Below, one piece after another: positions 9,384 through 17,821 of a stretch of 64,000 nucleotides of DNA. The translations under genes and the position numbers were made by a program. The stretch's first letter is position 1. Each line of letters opens with the position of its first letter. Source of the DNA: Dehalococcoidia bacterium (GTDB lineage: Bacteria; Chloroflexota; Dehalococcoidia; SHYB01); NCBI GenBank assembly GCA_965261455.1, contig OZ253453.1, positions 1,145,526 through 1,209,525 of the forward strand, given 5' to 3'. A model generated the notes under the pieces. That model was not told the DNA's origin. It worked only from the letters and a program-made list of their open reading frames with translations, and made no database searches.

Positions 9384-9746
9384 ATGGATTTCCCAGAGCG
9401 TTTACGTTCATTGCGAAAGCAAGCCCAACTGAGCCAACGCGACTTGGCGGAGAAGATTGGAGTCGACTTCACCTACCTGAGCAAGATAGAGAATGGACGT
9501 GTCGAGCCTCCTAGCGAAGTGGTTCTGAAGGGGATCGCTCGAGAGTTGGCTGGTGAACTGAGCCGAAACGAGACTGAATTGGCCGACGAACTGATAACCC
9601 TGGCTGGGAAGATTCCCTCAGACTTGGCGAATACGCTCTCCCGAAATCCAGGCGCCGTCCAGTTTCTGAGGTCTCTCGGCGATGACGTGCGATCACCCGC
9701 CGAGTGGCGGAGGCTAATACGGGAACGGCGGTCGGGCCAGCGATGA
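9384..9746 (+). CDS. XRE-family HTH regulator (CapH/ImmR-like)
   Basis: LRSLRKQAQLSQRDLAEKIGVDFTYLSKIENG; GGAGG SD. Confidence 0.92.
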   Translation: MDFPERLRSLRKQAQLSQRDLAEKIGVDFTYLSKIENGRVEPPSEVVLKGIARELAGELSRNETELADELITLAGKIPSDLANTLSRNPGAVQFLRSLGDDVRSPAEWRRLIRERRSGQR

Positions 9747-10387
9747 CCACTACGTTTCTGTCAGATGCCCAGCTTGAGGTCATGGCGAGCCGCCTGTTGG
9801 GCCGATACGAGTCTCTGTATGGAGCGGTGTCCCGTCCTCCGGTTCCGGTGGAGCGCATACTGGAGGATGTGCTAGACCTCAACATCCTGTGGGACAAGGT
9901 CTCCGAACCGCCTGGCCAGTCTATTCTCGCCGAGTTGGATTCCAACTTGAAGACGGTGGTCTTCAATGAATCAAGGCGTACACTCATAACTGAGACACCG
10001 GGCCTCTACCACACCATCCTTGCTCACGAGGCGGGGCATTGGGAGGCCCACGTTGATCATGCCCTCTTTGCACAGTCGCCCTTACCCGGTTTCGAGCACT
10101 ACATGAAGTGCCTCTACCGAGGCTCCGGACCTGGCCAGGACCCGCGTGAAGTCCAAGCTCACCGGTTCATGGGGTTTCTATTGATGCCCTCACCCATACT
10201 GCTGGAGGCCGCCAGAGACGTTGACCTGGTGAGTTGGCCTGCCCTCTACAGGCTCCGTGACCTCTTCCAAGTGACCATATCGGCCCTGAAGGTCAGGCTC
10301 GAAAGACTGGGACTCGTGTTCGTGACGGAGGAAGGGAATCTCTACCCATCGCGACAGGAATATGAAGGCCAGATGCGCTTAGGATAG
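9743..10387 (+). CDS. ImmA/IrrE-family metallopeptidase (CapP-like)
   Basis: PPVPVE, LAHEAGH (HExxH), EVQAHRFMGFLLMP; ATGA overlap with XRE gene. Confidence 0.9.
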   Translation: MTTTFLSDAQLEVMASRLLGRYESLYGAVSRPPVPVERILEDVLDLNILWDKVSEPPGQSILAELDSNLKTVVFNESRRTLITETPGLYHTILAHEAGHWEAHVDHALFAQSPLPGFEHYMKCLYRGSGPGQDPREVQAHRFMGFLLMPSPILLEAARDVDLVSWPALYRLRDLFQVTISALKVRLERLGLVFVTEEGNLYPSRQEYEGQMRLG

Positions 10388-10416
10388 TACCGGTCTGCCT
10401 TTGCCATGGACTTGAG

Positions 10417-10445
10417 TTGACATTCAACGCAGTCTACATTAAGAT
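10417..10445 (+). promoter_or_regulatory. sigma70-type promoter of CBASS operon
   Basis: TTGACA-17 bp-TAAGAT. Confidence 0.7.
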
Positions 10446-10476
10446 GGGTAGCATGGAGGACAGAAGGCAGATTCCT

Positions 10477-11391
10477 ATGGCACAAGATAGCGCATTCCAC
10501 ATACTGGCTCTGGATGGTGGTGGGACAAGGGGAATCTATTCGGCCCAGGTCCTCGCCAGCATCGAACAGGTGAACGATGTGCCGATAAAAGAGCAGTTCG
10601 ACCTCATCGCCGGTACCAGCACAGGCTCCATAGTGGCCGGAGCCGTCGCGGCTGGCATTCCGATGGCCAAGATTGTCGAGCTCTTCAGAACGGAGTCACC
10701 ACGCATCTTTCGGAGAAGGTGGTTTAGTTGGCTTCATGTCCGAAGCAAGTATCCAAGGCACCCTCTCGGACAAACCGTTAGGGCTTACCTGCCTGACATG
10801 ACTCTGGGAGAAATCTCGACGCCTCTTATGATAACAAGCTCCGACATCTCCACCGGCGGTGTCCACGTGTTTAAGTCCAGGTACCTCAAGGAGCTCGGAG
10901 AGCCATACGTCAGAGATGCGAATGTCGCTCTGAGCGATGCAATCCTTGCATCATGTGTTGCTCCCACCTACTTCGATCCCATGCCGGTCGGCGACTTCCT
11001 TCTGGCGGACGGCGGGTTGTGGGCGAACAACCCATCCATCATAGCTCTGACGGAGGCGGTTTCTAAGTTCGGGCGGTCGGTTAGCCAAGTGCGCATCCTG
11101 TCCATTGGCACCGGCCATTCCGTGAATCTTTATACCGAGCACAGGCTTTGGGGGCTGCTCACGGGCTGGGGGCGTCAAAAGTTGGTCGCTTACGTCCTCC
11201 GGCTACAATCCGACGCCTCGGCGAACATGGCCAAGCTCTTGCTCGCGGACAGGTATCTCCGACTTGACCCTGAAATCGCGCCTTGGGGTTTGGATGACAT
11301 CAAACATCTGGACAGCCTGAAGGCCCTGGCGATCAGGGACTTCACTCAACAGAGTGAGGCGATTATGAAGAACCTCAAGATACCACGGTGA
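10477..11391 (+). CDS. capV: Patatin-like phospholipase, CBASS effector
   Basis: LDGGGTRG, GTSTG, DGGLWANNP motifs; directly upstream of CD-NTase. Confidence 0.88.
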   Translation: MAQDSAFHILALDGGGTRGIYSAQVLASIEQVNDVPIKEQFDLIAGTSTGSIVAGAVAAGIPMAKIVELFRTESPRIFRRRWFSWLHVRSKYPRHPLGQTVRAYLPDMTLGEISTPLMITSSDISTGGVHVFKSRYLKELGEPYVRDANVALSDAILASCVAPTYFDPMPVGDFLLADGGLWANNPSIIALTEAVSKFGRSVSQVRILSIGTGHSVNLYTEHRLWGLLTGWGRQKLVAYVLRLQSDASANMAKLLLADRYLRLDPEIAPWGLDDIKHLDSLKALAIRDFTQQSEAIMKNLKIPR

Positions 11392-11449
11392 CGAGACGCC
11401 GACCGATCTAGGAGCTTCCAAGAAAACAGAACAGAAGGAGAAGATTGAG

Positions 11450-12484
11450 ATGGCCAAGAATAATAAGGACTTCCAGGACTTTCTCAGAGATGAAGTCAAC
11501 CTGAACCAAAGTCGGCTCGACCGGCTGAATACGAGCGTGCGAGCTGTAGACGCCTACCTCAAGGACCACCTGACTGGCTATCAGAAGATGGAGCGGCAGG
11601 GTTCATATGCGCTAGGTACTCTCATCAAACCCGTCGATGACAACGACGAGTACGATGCAGACATCCAGATAGTAATGAACCCCAATCCCAAGTGGCAGGC
11701 GAAAGACTACATCAACGAGGTCCAGGAGACTCTGAAGGAGAATGACAACTATGCCGACAAGCTCAATCTCAAGACTCGATGCGTCACCATCGACTATGCT
11801 GGAGACTTCCATCTTGACGTAGTTCCCCGTGTGACTTTTGGCGACAGGCACTGCGTTTGCAACCGGAATGACAACAAATTCGAGGACACTGACGGCACTG
11901 GCTACCGGGACTGGTTCAATGAGCAGAATCGGATAACTGGCGGCAATCTGAAGCGAGCCGTCAGGTTGCTCAAGTACCTGCGAGACCACAAGAACAACTA
12001 CACCGCCAAGTCGATCTTGCTGACTACGTTGGCTGGCAACACCATTAAGCCCTCGGATGAAGGTACCGAGGGGGTAAGCACTGTGGCCGACACATTGGTT
12101 ACCGTCCTAACGAGAATGGACGATTACCTCCAGCAACACCCCTACATGCCCGAGATCAGGAATCCGGTGCTGCCAACGGAAACCTTCAATCGACACTGGG
12201 ACCAGACCAAGTATGCGAATTTCAGGAACAGAGTCAATTCCCATGCGCGTATCGCAAAGAAGGCCAAAGAGGAATCCTCAAGCGAAGATGCCGTCAAGAG
12301 CTGGCAAGAGCTGTTCGGGGAGAACTTCGGCAAGGGCTCTGGTGGTAGTAGCAATGGAGGAGGCAATGGTGGGGGCGGACGAAGCAATCCGCCAAGTGGA
12401 CCAAGGAACAACCCTAGTGGAATTGCCGCCCCAGTTGTAAGCATTCCCAGGGTAGTCACCCCAAGGAAGCCTTACGCCAGATGA
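11450..12484 (+). CDS. CD-NTase (SMODS/cGAS-like cyclic oligonucleotide synthase)
   Basis: QGSYALGTLIKP..EYDAD..HLDVVP nucleotidyltransferase motifs; Gly-rich linker and PRKPYAR tail. Confidence 0.92.
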   Translation: MAKNNKDFQDFLRDEVNLNQSRLDRLNTSVRAVDAYLKDHLTGYQKMERQGSYALGTLIKPVDDNDEYDADIQIVMNPNPKWQAKDYINEVQETLKENDNYADKLNLKTRCVTIDYAGDFHLDVVPRVTFGDRHCVCNRNDNKFEDTDGTGYRDWFNEQNRITGGNLKRAVRLLKYLRDHKNNYTAKSILLTTLAGNTIKPSDEGTEGVSTVADTLVTVLTRMDDYLQQHPYMPEIRNPVLPTETFNRHWDQTKYANFRNRVNSHARIAKKAKEESSSEDAVKSWQELFGENFGKGSGGSSNGGGNGGGGRSNPPSGPRNNPSGIAAPVVSIPRVVTPRKPYAR

Positions 12485-13122
12485 AACCGACTACTGCCGA
12501 CTTGGAGGGGCTCACTCGATGCTTTCCCGGCCTGCTGTACGATGCGAATGCCAACGAGATAGCTGGCGAGATCACGTTCTGCGCAGCATACGACGGTGGG
12601 ACAGACCAGGTGCGGATCGGGAACGATGAGGCACATCGACGATTGGCGTCATTCCTTTGCGACTCATACTCCCTGCGTATCGATTTGAACTCCATTGACA
12701 GGAACGGTTGGCCAAGGGTTTATGAAGTTGGCGGCCGCCATCAGGCCATCTTGACAAAGCACAACGTCGATGTTATTGACCTGCATTTCTATCCAGACGG
12801 GTCATGTTGTCTGGGAATCAGATTCTCTCCCGAACGGTTCCTAACAGTTGAGCGGTTCACAGACGAACTTGTAATCCCGTTCTTGTATCGTTTGTCCTAC
12901 GTGGACAGAAATGGACTGCTTGCTGCCAGAAGAGACCTTTGGGGAGAGTACCCTCACGGCGATGACGGGGTCCGGCAATTCATCAGCGAAATGCTCGACA
13001 TGGCTAGTAGAGATCCTGGCAGGAATGAACTTTGTCCTTGTGGCAGCGGCCGCAAGTTCAAGAGATGCCATCTCGACGATGTGGAGGCATTGAAGAGCGC
13101 ACTCGGGCGCCAGCGTCGGTAG
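12481..13122 (+). CDS. Prokaryotic E2-like protein fused to SEC-C zinc motif
   Basis: PRVYE..HFYPDGSCCLG (E2-like H..DG..CL), GEYPHG, GRNELCPCGSGRKFKRCH; ATGA overlap with CD-NTase. Confidence 0.75.
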   Translation: MKPTTADLEGLTRCFPGLLYDANANEIAGEITFCAAYDGGTDQVRIGNDEAHRRLASFLCDSYSLRIDLNSIDRNGWPRVYEVGGRHQAILTKHNVDVIDLHFYPDGSCCLGIRFSPERFLTVERFTDELVIPFLYRLSYVDRNGLLAARRDLWGEYPHGDDGVRQFISEMLDMASRDPGRNELCPCGSGRKFKRCHLDDVEALKSALGRQRR

Positions 13123-13402
13123 TAGCGACCTGCATACACGTCTGAGAGTAGCGGCGCTCATGCTGCGGTCCTGCCACTGGCTGCTTTTCTTGCGTCGGGT
13201 AGAGCGCCACGTCTGTCTGCCAAATAGACCTGCGTCGTATTTCGCTGACCGGCCTACTGTTGTCGAGCTGTAACCTATCCAACTCCACCAAACGCCTCGC
13301 CCCTACCACAAAACCGCGTCCTAAACAAGGGCTTGCAGGGCCTTACCCTGGACGGAAGTCCCCTTCAAAATGAGATGGGCCGTTGCCGACTGGAGCAGTT
13401 GA

Positions 13403-15418
13403 TTGATCGTCGCGGAGCCAAGAACACGACCGTTGAACGGTGCGACACAAGCCGGACCGCGCTTCGAGAGGGCGGTCCGGGGCTACGTGCGCGCCTACGC
13501 GTCGCTGCACGGACGGCGCAAGGCAGCCGAGGACCTCGGCGTGTCCCGCCATACCCTCTGGCGATTCCTCGAACGGGGCCACACGGGGCGCGCCGTGCCC
13601 TCCGCCGTCCTGAGCTCCGTCGGCGGGGGCGGTCGAGCGATTGAGGCGGCCACGTTCGAGATCATCATCGACCTGGAAGGCCTGCGGCCCGACCCCGCGC
13701 TGCGCTCCCTGCGCCAGGGGCTTGAGGAGGCGCTCCTGCTGCTCTGCTCTGCGCCCCTGGCCACCGTGGACGAGCTGTCCCGCTTCGGGCGCGTTCCGGC
13801 CTCCACGCTGCGCGACCGGCTGAAGAAGTTGACCGAGCGGGGTCTTGTGGACTCCGTGCCGCACCACCTGAGCGTCCTAGGGACTCGCCCCCAGCGCCGG
13901 TACTTTCCGACGGAGAAGGGCGTCACCGCCGGGGGCGCAGCCACGAAAGGCCGAGCGCACATGCTGCGCGCCTACCCGGTGTCGAAGCAGTGGTTCCGGC
14001 TACTGGCCGAGCGTTTGGACGCCGTGGCCGTGCTCCACCGCGTCGCCGCCAGGGTCGCCGACGCTGACCCGCACGAGAAGCCCGTGCGCGTAGACCACTA
14101 CCGCAACGGTCCCTACGACATGCTGCTCACCCTGTCCGGTGGCCGCACAATCGGCCTGCTGCGCCAAGGACCGGCCCTGCCCACGTCCAGGCTCCGCTAC
14201 CGCCTCAGGAGCATCGAGCGCCTGGACAGCAGCGACACGCCCTTCGTCACCCTGGTGCTGACCCACGCAGACCAGGCCACCCGCAGGGCCATCCGTTCCC
14301 TGGGCGACCCATCGGAGCACCGCAGGACCTTCGTTGCGACGGAGGGGGAGCTTCTGGCCGGAGACCACACGGGAGTCGTCTGGCAGCAGTGCGGGAGCGG
14401 TCTGGGCGAGGCCGTGCGCATCCACGCCGACGCATCCCTGGCGGGCATCCTGGCCTTGGCGGAGCGCATGCTGGACTCATCCTACCCCTTCCTCCGGGAC
14501 AACCCGGAGCCGAAGCCCGGCTCCCTCTATCCCTCCGGCGTGCAGGCCGCCATGCCGGAGCCCACGGAGCAACTCACACCGGCCCTCTCGGTGCAGCTGA
14601 CCCGCGCCGAGAAGGACGTTCTCGACCTGCTGGCCGCCTGGCCCCTGTGCACCCGTGAGCAACTTTCCGGCTTGATGAGGGGCGTCACCCTGCGCCGGGT
14701 CAACCAGGTGCTCCGCTCACTCTCCCAGCACGGCCTCGCGCGGACGGACGAGCCCCTACACATGCTCTCCGACGAAGGGCTGACGTACCTGGCCCGCAGG
14801 GACCGGGCCGCCGTCGGCCTCACCCTCGACCGCTGGAGCGCCGAGCCTCTGTACTTGAACGCCGACATCTACGCCGGGACTGCCGTGCGAGCCCTCGCTT
14901 CTCAGATACGTCACCACGCCGGCGTCATCGATTTCGCCGCCGCCCTGTCCGCCGAGGTCGCCCGGTCCCCCGACCACGACCTATTCGACCTGCTGCCCAC
15001 GTCCCGCTCCAGCATCGGCTATCGCTACGACTGGACCACCTACGTGATCCACCCCGACGCCTCCTTCACCCTGGAATACAAAGGCCGGTGGCGTCCGTAC
15101 CTGCTGGAGTTCGAGCGCCGGGCCACGACGCCGAAACGCGTCGCCGCCCGCCTGAAGTCCTACCAGCGCTACTTCCTGAGCGGATGGGCTGAGCGGGATC
15201 ACGAGGGGCGTCTGCCCCGGGTGCTCTTCGTCTTCGAGTCCCCCGGCAGCGAGGACGCCTTCCTCGACGTCGCCGACACGGTGAAGGGGGCGCCCATCAT
15301 CACATCGAACGCAGAGACCCTTGCCGAGCGGGGCATCCTGGGGGACGCATGGGTTCTTCCGCCTCCGCACTCCCTCGACAGGAGGCCCTTGTCAGGCCTT
15401 AACCAGGGAGGACAATGA
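13403..15418 (+). CDS. Replication-relaxation (Replic_Relax)-like protein with HTH domains
   Basis: N-terminal HTH, two wHTH-like segments, C-terminal IHPDA..LLEFER..RLKSYQRY PD-(D/E)xK-type motif. Confidence 0.7.
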   Translation: MIVAEPRTRPLNGATQAGPRFERAVRGYVRAYASLHGRRKAAEDLGVSRHTLWRFLERGHTGRAVPSAVLSSVGGGGRAIEAATFEIIIDLEGLRPDPALRSLRQGLEEALLLLCSAPLATVDELSRFGRVPASTLRDRLKKLTERGLVDSVPHHLSVLGTRPQRRYFPTEKGVTAGGAATKGRAHMLRAYPVSKQWFRLLAERLDAVAVLHRVAARVADADPHEKPVRVDHYRNGPYDMLLTLSGGRTIGLLRQGPALPTSRLRYRLRSIERLDSSDTPFVTLVLTHADQATRRAIRSLGDPSEHRRTFVATEGELLAGDHTGVVWQQCGSGLGEAVRIHADASLAGILALAERMLDSSYPFLRDNPEPKPGSLYPSGVQAAMPEPTEQLTPALSVQLTRAEKDVLDLLAAWPLCTREQLSGLMRGVTLRRVNQVLRSLSQHGLARTDEPLHMLSDEGLTYLARRDRAAVGLTLDRWSAEPLYLNADIYAGTAVRALASQIRHHAGVIDFAAALSAEVARSPDHDLFDLLPTSRSSIGYRYDWTTYVIHPDASFTLEYKGRWRPYLLEFERRATTPKRVAARLKSYQRYFLSGWAERDHEGRLPRVLFVFESPGSEDAFLDVADTVKGAPIITSNAETLAERGILGDAWVLPPPHSLDRRPLSGLNQGGQ

Positions 15419-15830
15419 CCACCCAGCCGTTCCGACCACTTCCTGTAGGGGGTGTCCCAGCATGGCTGCTGGGACCATTTCCCGACCACTTGCAACCGCT
15501 CATGCCTCTTACGCCCTCCCGAGTACAAATTGGTGCAGATCTGACACGTCAGGGAGTCCCCGTCCACCTCACCTCTCCGTTGCACTTCAGCTTTGGCTCG
15601 TAGCTACATCCGCCTCACCAACGACCTTCACGACCAGGCCCATGACGGCCACTGGAGCATGTACCACCACCGGCCCCAGCCTGTCCCCACGACTTCCTGT
15701 AGGGGGACAAAAGGGCATTCCGCCACCTACGGTGTCAGCCCCCAACAGGTCGAAACGTGACAATTGTTGCAGAGCCCGAACCCCGCGGAGACTCTGTACC
15801 GGAGGGGTTGAAGGCCGGCATCATGATAGT

Positions 15831-15849
15831 GTATAGTAAGACATTATAC
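15831..15849. promoter_or_regulatory. Imperfect palindrome GTATAGT-N5-ATTATAC over a -10-like box, candidate RHH operator
   Basis: Lies just upstream of the SD of the RHH/recombinase operon. Confidence 0.45.
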
Positions 15850-15868
15850 TACAAGGGAGACGAGAGGA

Positions 15869-16090
15869 GTGACCACCCCCAGACGATCCAAGACCATCAC
15901 CTTCTCCCTGCCGCCGAAGATGGAGGCGCAGGTGCGGCAGGTGATGAAGGAGGACGACCTCTCCGTGAGCGAGCTGCTCCGGCACGGGATTCGCCTGTTC
16001 ATGGAGGAACGGGAGTGGCGCAGACGAGAGCGGCTGGAACGGCTGCGCTCCCGCCAGGACGAACAGGAAGACACAGGGAGGAGAGACTGA
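15869..16090 (+). CDS. CopG/ribbon-helix-helix protein
   Basis: KTITFSLPP..VSELLRHGIRLFM; GAGGAG SD; TGATG overlap with recombinase. Confidence 0.8.
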   Translation: MTTPRRSKTITFSLPPKMEAQVRQVMKEDDLSVSELLRHGIRLFMEEREWRRRERLERLRSRQDEQEDTGRRD

Positions 16091-17730
16091 TGAACAACCG
16101 ACTCGATCTGATGCCGGCGGCCCTCTACGCCAGAGTATCCAGCGACCGCCAGGACGTGGACCTGTCCGTGGCCGCACAGCTGCGGGCGCTCAGGGACTAC
16201 GCCGAGAAGAACGGCTACCATGTCGCCCGCGAGTACGTGGACGAGGCCGAGAGCGGACGCATCGCCGACCGGCCCCAGTTCCAAAAGATGCTGGATGAGG
16301 CCGCCAAGCCGGAGGCCCCCTTCAAGGAAATCCTCGTCTGGAAATTCAGCCGCTTCACCAGGAAGCGGGAGCACGCCGTCGCCTTCAAGGCCATGCTCCG
16401 CAGACGTGGTATCCGCGTCGTCTCCATCACCGAGCACGCCGACGATTCCCCCACCGGCAAGCTCCTTGAGGCCATCATCGAGAGCGTGGACGAATTCTAC
16501 AGCGAGAATCTGGCGCAGGAAGTTGTCAGGGGGATGCGTGAGTCTGCTTCTAGAGGCTTCTGGGTGGCCAGTCGCGTGCCCTACGGCTACCGGAAGCTCA
16601 TGGTGCAGGACGGAGCCAAGAAGCGGCCCACCCTGGAACCCGATCCCACGACAGCGACCGTGGTGGAGCGCATCTTCGGCATGGCCGAGTCCGGCAGGGG
16701 AATCCTGGACATCACCCGCACCCTCAACGACGAGGGCATCGCCAACCCCACCGGCAGGCTCTGGTCCAAGAACGGCGTCCACATCATCCTGAAGAACGAG
16801 GTGTACACGGGAACCTTGGTCTGGGGCGTCGACGCCAAGGACAAGGCGGAGCCGGTGCGGGTGGAGAAGGCCTTCCCCGCCATCATATCCAAGGCCCGGT
16901 TCCGCAGGGTGAACCGCAAGCTGCGCTCCCGCGCACCCAGGAGGAGCCACCCCCGCAGGGTGGGGAGTACCTACCTCCTCAGCGGACTGGTCAGGTGCAA
17001 GGCGTGCAACCGAGCGCTCTCCGGACAGGACGCCAAGAGCGGCAAGTTCGCCTACTACGTCTGCCAGTCGGTGATGAAGCGTGGCAGCGGGGCCTGTGAC
17101 GCCCCCAGGCTCAACGCCCGGCGCTTCGAGGAGCAGGTGGTGGGGAAGATTCGGGAGAACGTGCTCACCGAGTCCAACATCCGGGCGTTGGTGAAGCTGG
17201 TGGACGAGGAGATGGACGGCATCGCCCGCGAGCAGCGCCATAAGCTAGAGACCATAGAGTCGGAGCTTGTGGACGTGAAGCGCAGGTTGGGACGGCTCTA
17301 CGACCTGGCGGAGACCACCGACCTAGACATCGACGACTTCAAACCCAGGATACGCGAGCACCGGGAGCGGCAGGAGAGGCTGGAGTCCACGGCGACAGAG
17401 GCGAGGACGGTCCTCTCTCAGCGCAGGGAGGTCCTGGACGACGTGGAGACCATCACGGCCTACGCCCTGGACATGAGCATGTTCCTGAACGAGAGCGAGC
17501 TGACGGAGCGCAGGGCCTTCATCGAGAGCTTCGTGAAGGAGATCGTCGTCATGCCCGACAACGCCGTGGTGCGCTACACGATTCCGATGCCGGACGATAG
17601 CCCCATACCGGGGAGAGACGCCGAGGAGATGGCGCTGAACGGCTCGGTTCTGTCTACCGTCAAGTTTGGTGGGCCCTGCTGGGATCGAACCAACGACCGA
17701 TCGGTTATGAGCCGACTGCTCTACCACTGA
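16090..17730 (+). CDS. Large serine recombinase (resolvase, recombinase, zinc ribbon, coiled coil)
   Basis: ALYARVSSDRQ catalytic motif, SRFTR, PYGY, YLLSGLVRCKAC..YYVC; ATG 16090. Confidence 0.95.
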   Translation: MNNRLDLMPAALYARVSSDRQDVDLSVAAQLRALRDYAEKNGYHVAREYVDEAESGRIADRPQFQKMLDEAAKPEAPFKEILVWKFSRFTRKREHAVAFKAMLRRRGIRVVSITEHADDSPTGKLLEAIIESVDEFYSENLAQEVVRGMRESASRGFWVASRVPYGYRKLMVQDGAKKRPTLEPDPTTATVVERIFGMAESGRGILDITRTLNDEGIANPTGRLWSKNGVHIILKNEVYTGTLVWGVDAKDKAEPVRVEKAFPAIISKARFRRVNRKLRSRAPRRSHPRRVGSTYLLSGLVRCKACNRALSGQDAKSGKFAYYVCQSVMKRGSGACDAPRLNARRFEEQVVGKIRENVLTESNIRALVKLVDEEMDGIAREQRHKLETIESELVDVKRRLGRLYDLAETTDLDIDDFKPRIREHRERQERLESTATEARTVLSQRREVLDDVETITAYALDMSMFLNESELTERRAFIESFVKEIVVMPDNAVVRYTIPMPDDSPIPGRDAEEMALNGSVLSTVKFGGPCWDRTNDRSVMSRLLYH

Positions 17731-17741
17731 GCTAAGGGCCC
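17667..17741 (-). tRNA. tRNA-Ile2 (CAU anticodon, lysidine type)
   Basis: GGGCCCTTAGCTCAGTGGTAGAGCAGTCGGCTCATAACCGATCGGTCGTTGGTTCGATCCCAGCAGGGCCCACCA; resembles ileX, lacks initiator features. Confidence 0.88.
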
Positions 17742-17821
17742 GCGAGGAAACCGCGCTTCGCCATTCTACCCGTACGCCGCGGCCTCGTGCGCGGGGCGGG
17801 GCGCGCGGCTACACTGCCCCC

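Larger units (their letters stand above)
1..17666. mobile_element. Genomic (defence) island integrated at the 3' end of tRNA-Ile2; left end lies outside the window
   Basis: Large serine recombinase abutting/overlapping the tRNA, Replic_Relax-like and RHH genes, defence cargo, visibly lower GC than the housekeeping region starting at 17.8 kb. Confidence 0.85.

Noticed and set aside
10417-10476. TTG start for patatin at 10417
   Set aside because: That TTG is the -35 hexamer of the promoter; ATG 10477 fits the domain start
15757-16089. 657 aa ORF-track version of the recombinase
   Set aside because: The extension overlaps the RHH gene in another frame; the real start is ATG 16090 just before the YARVS motif
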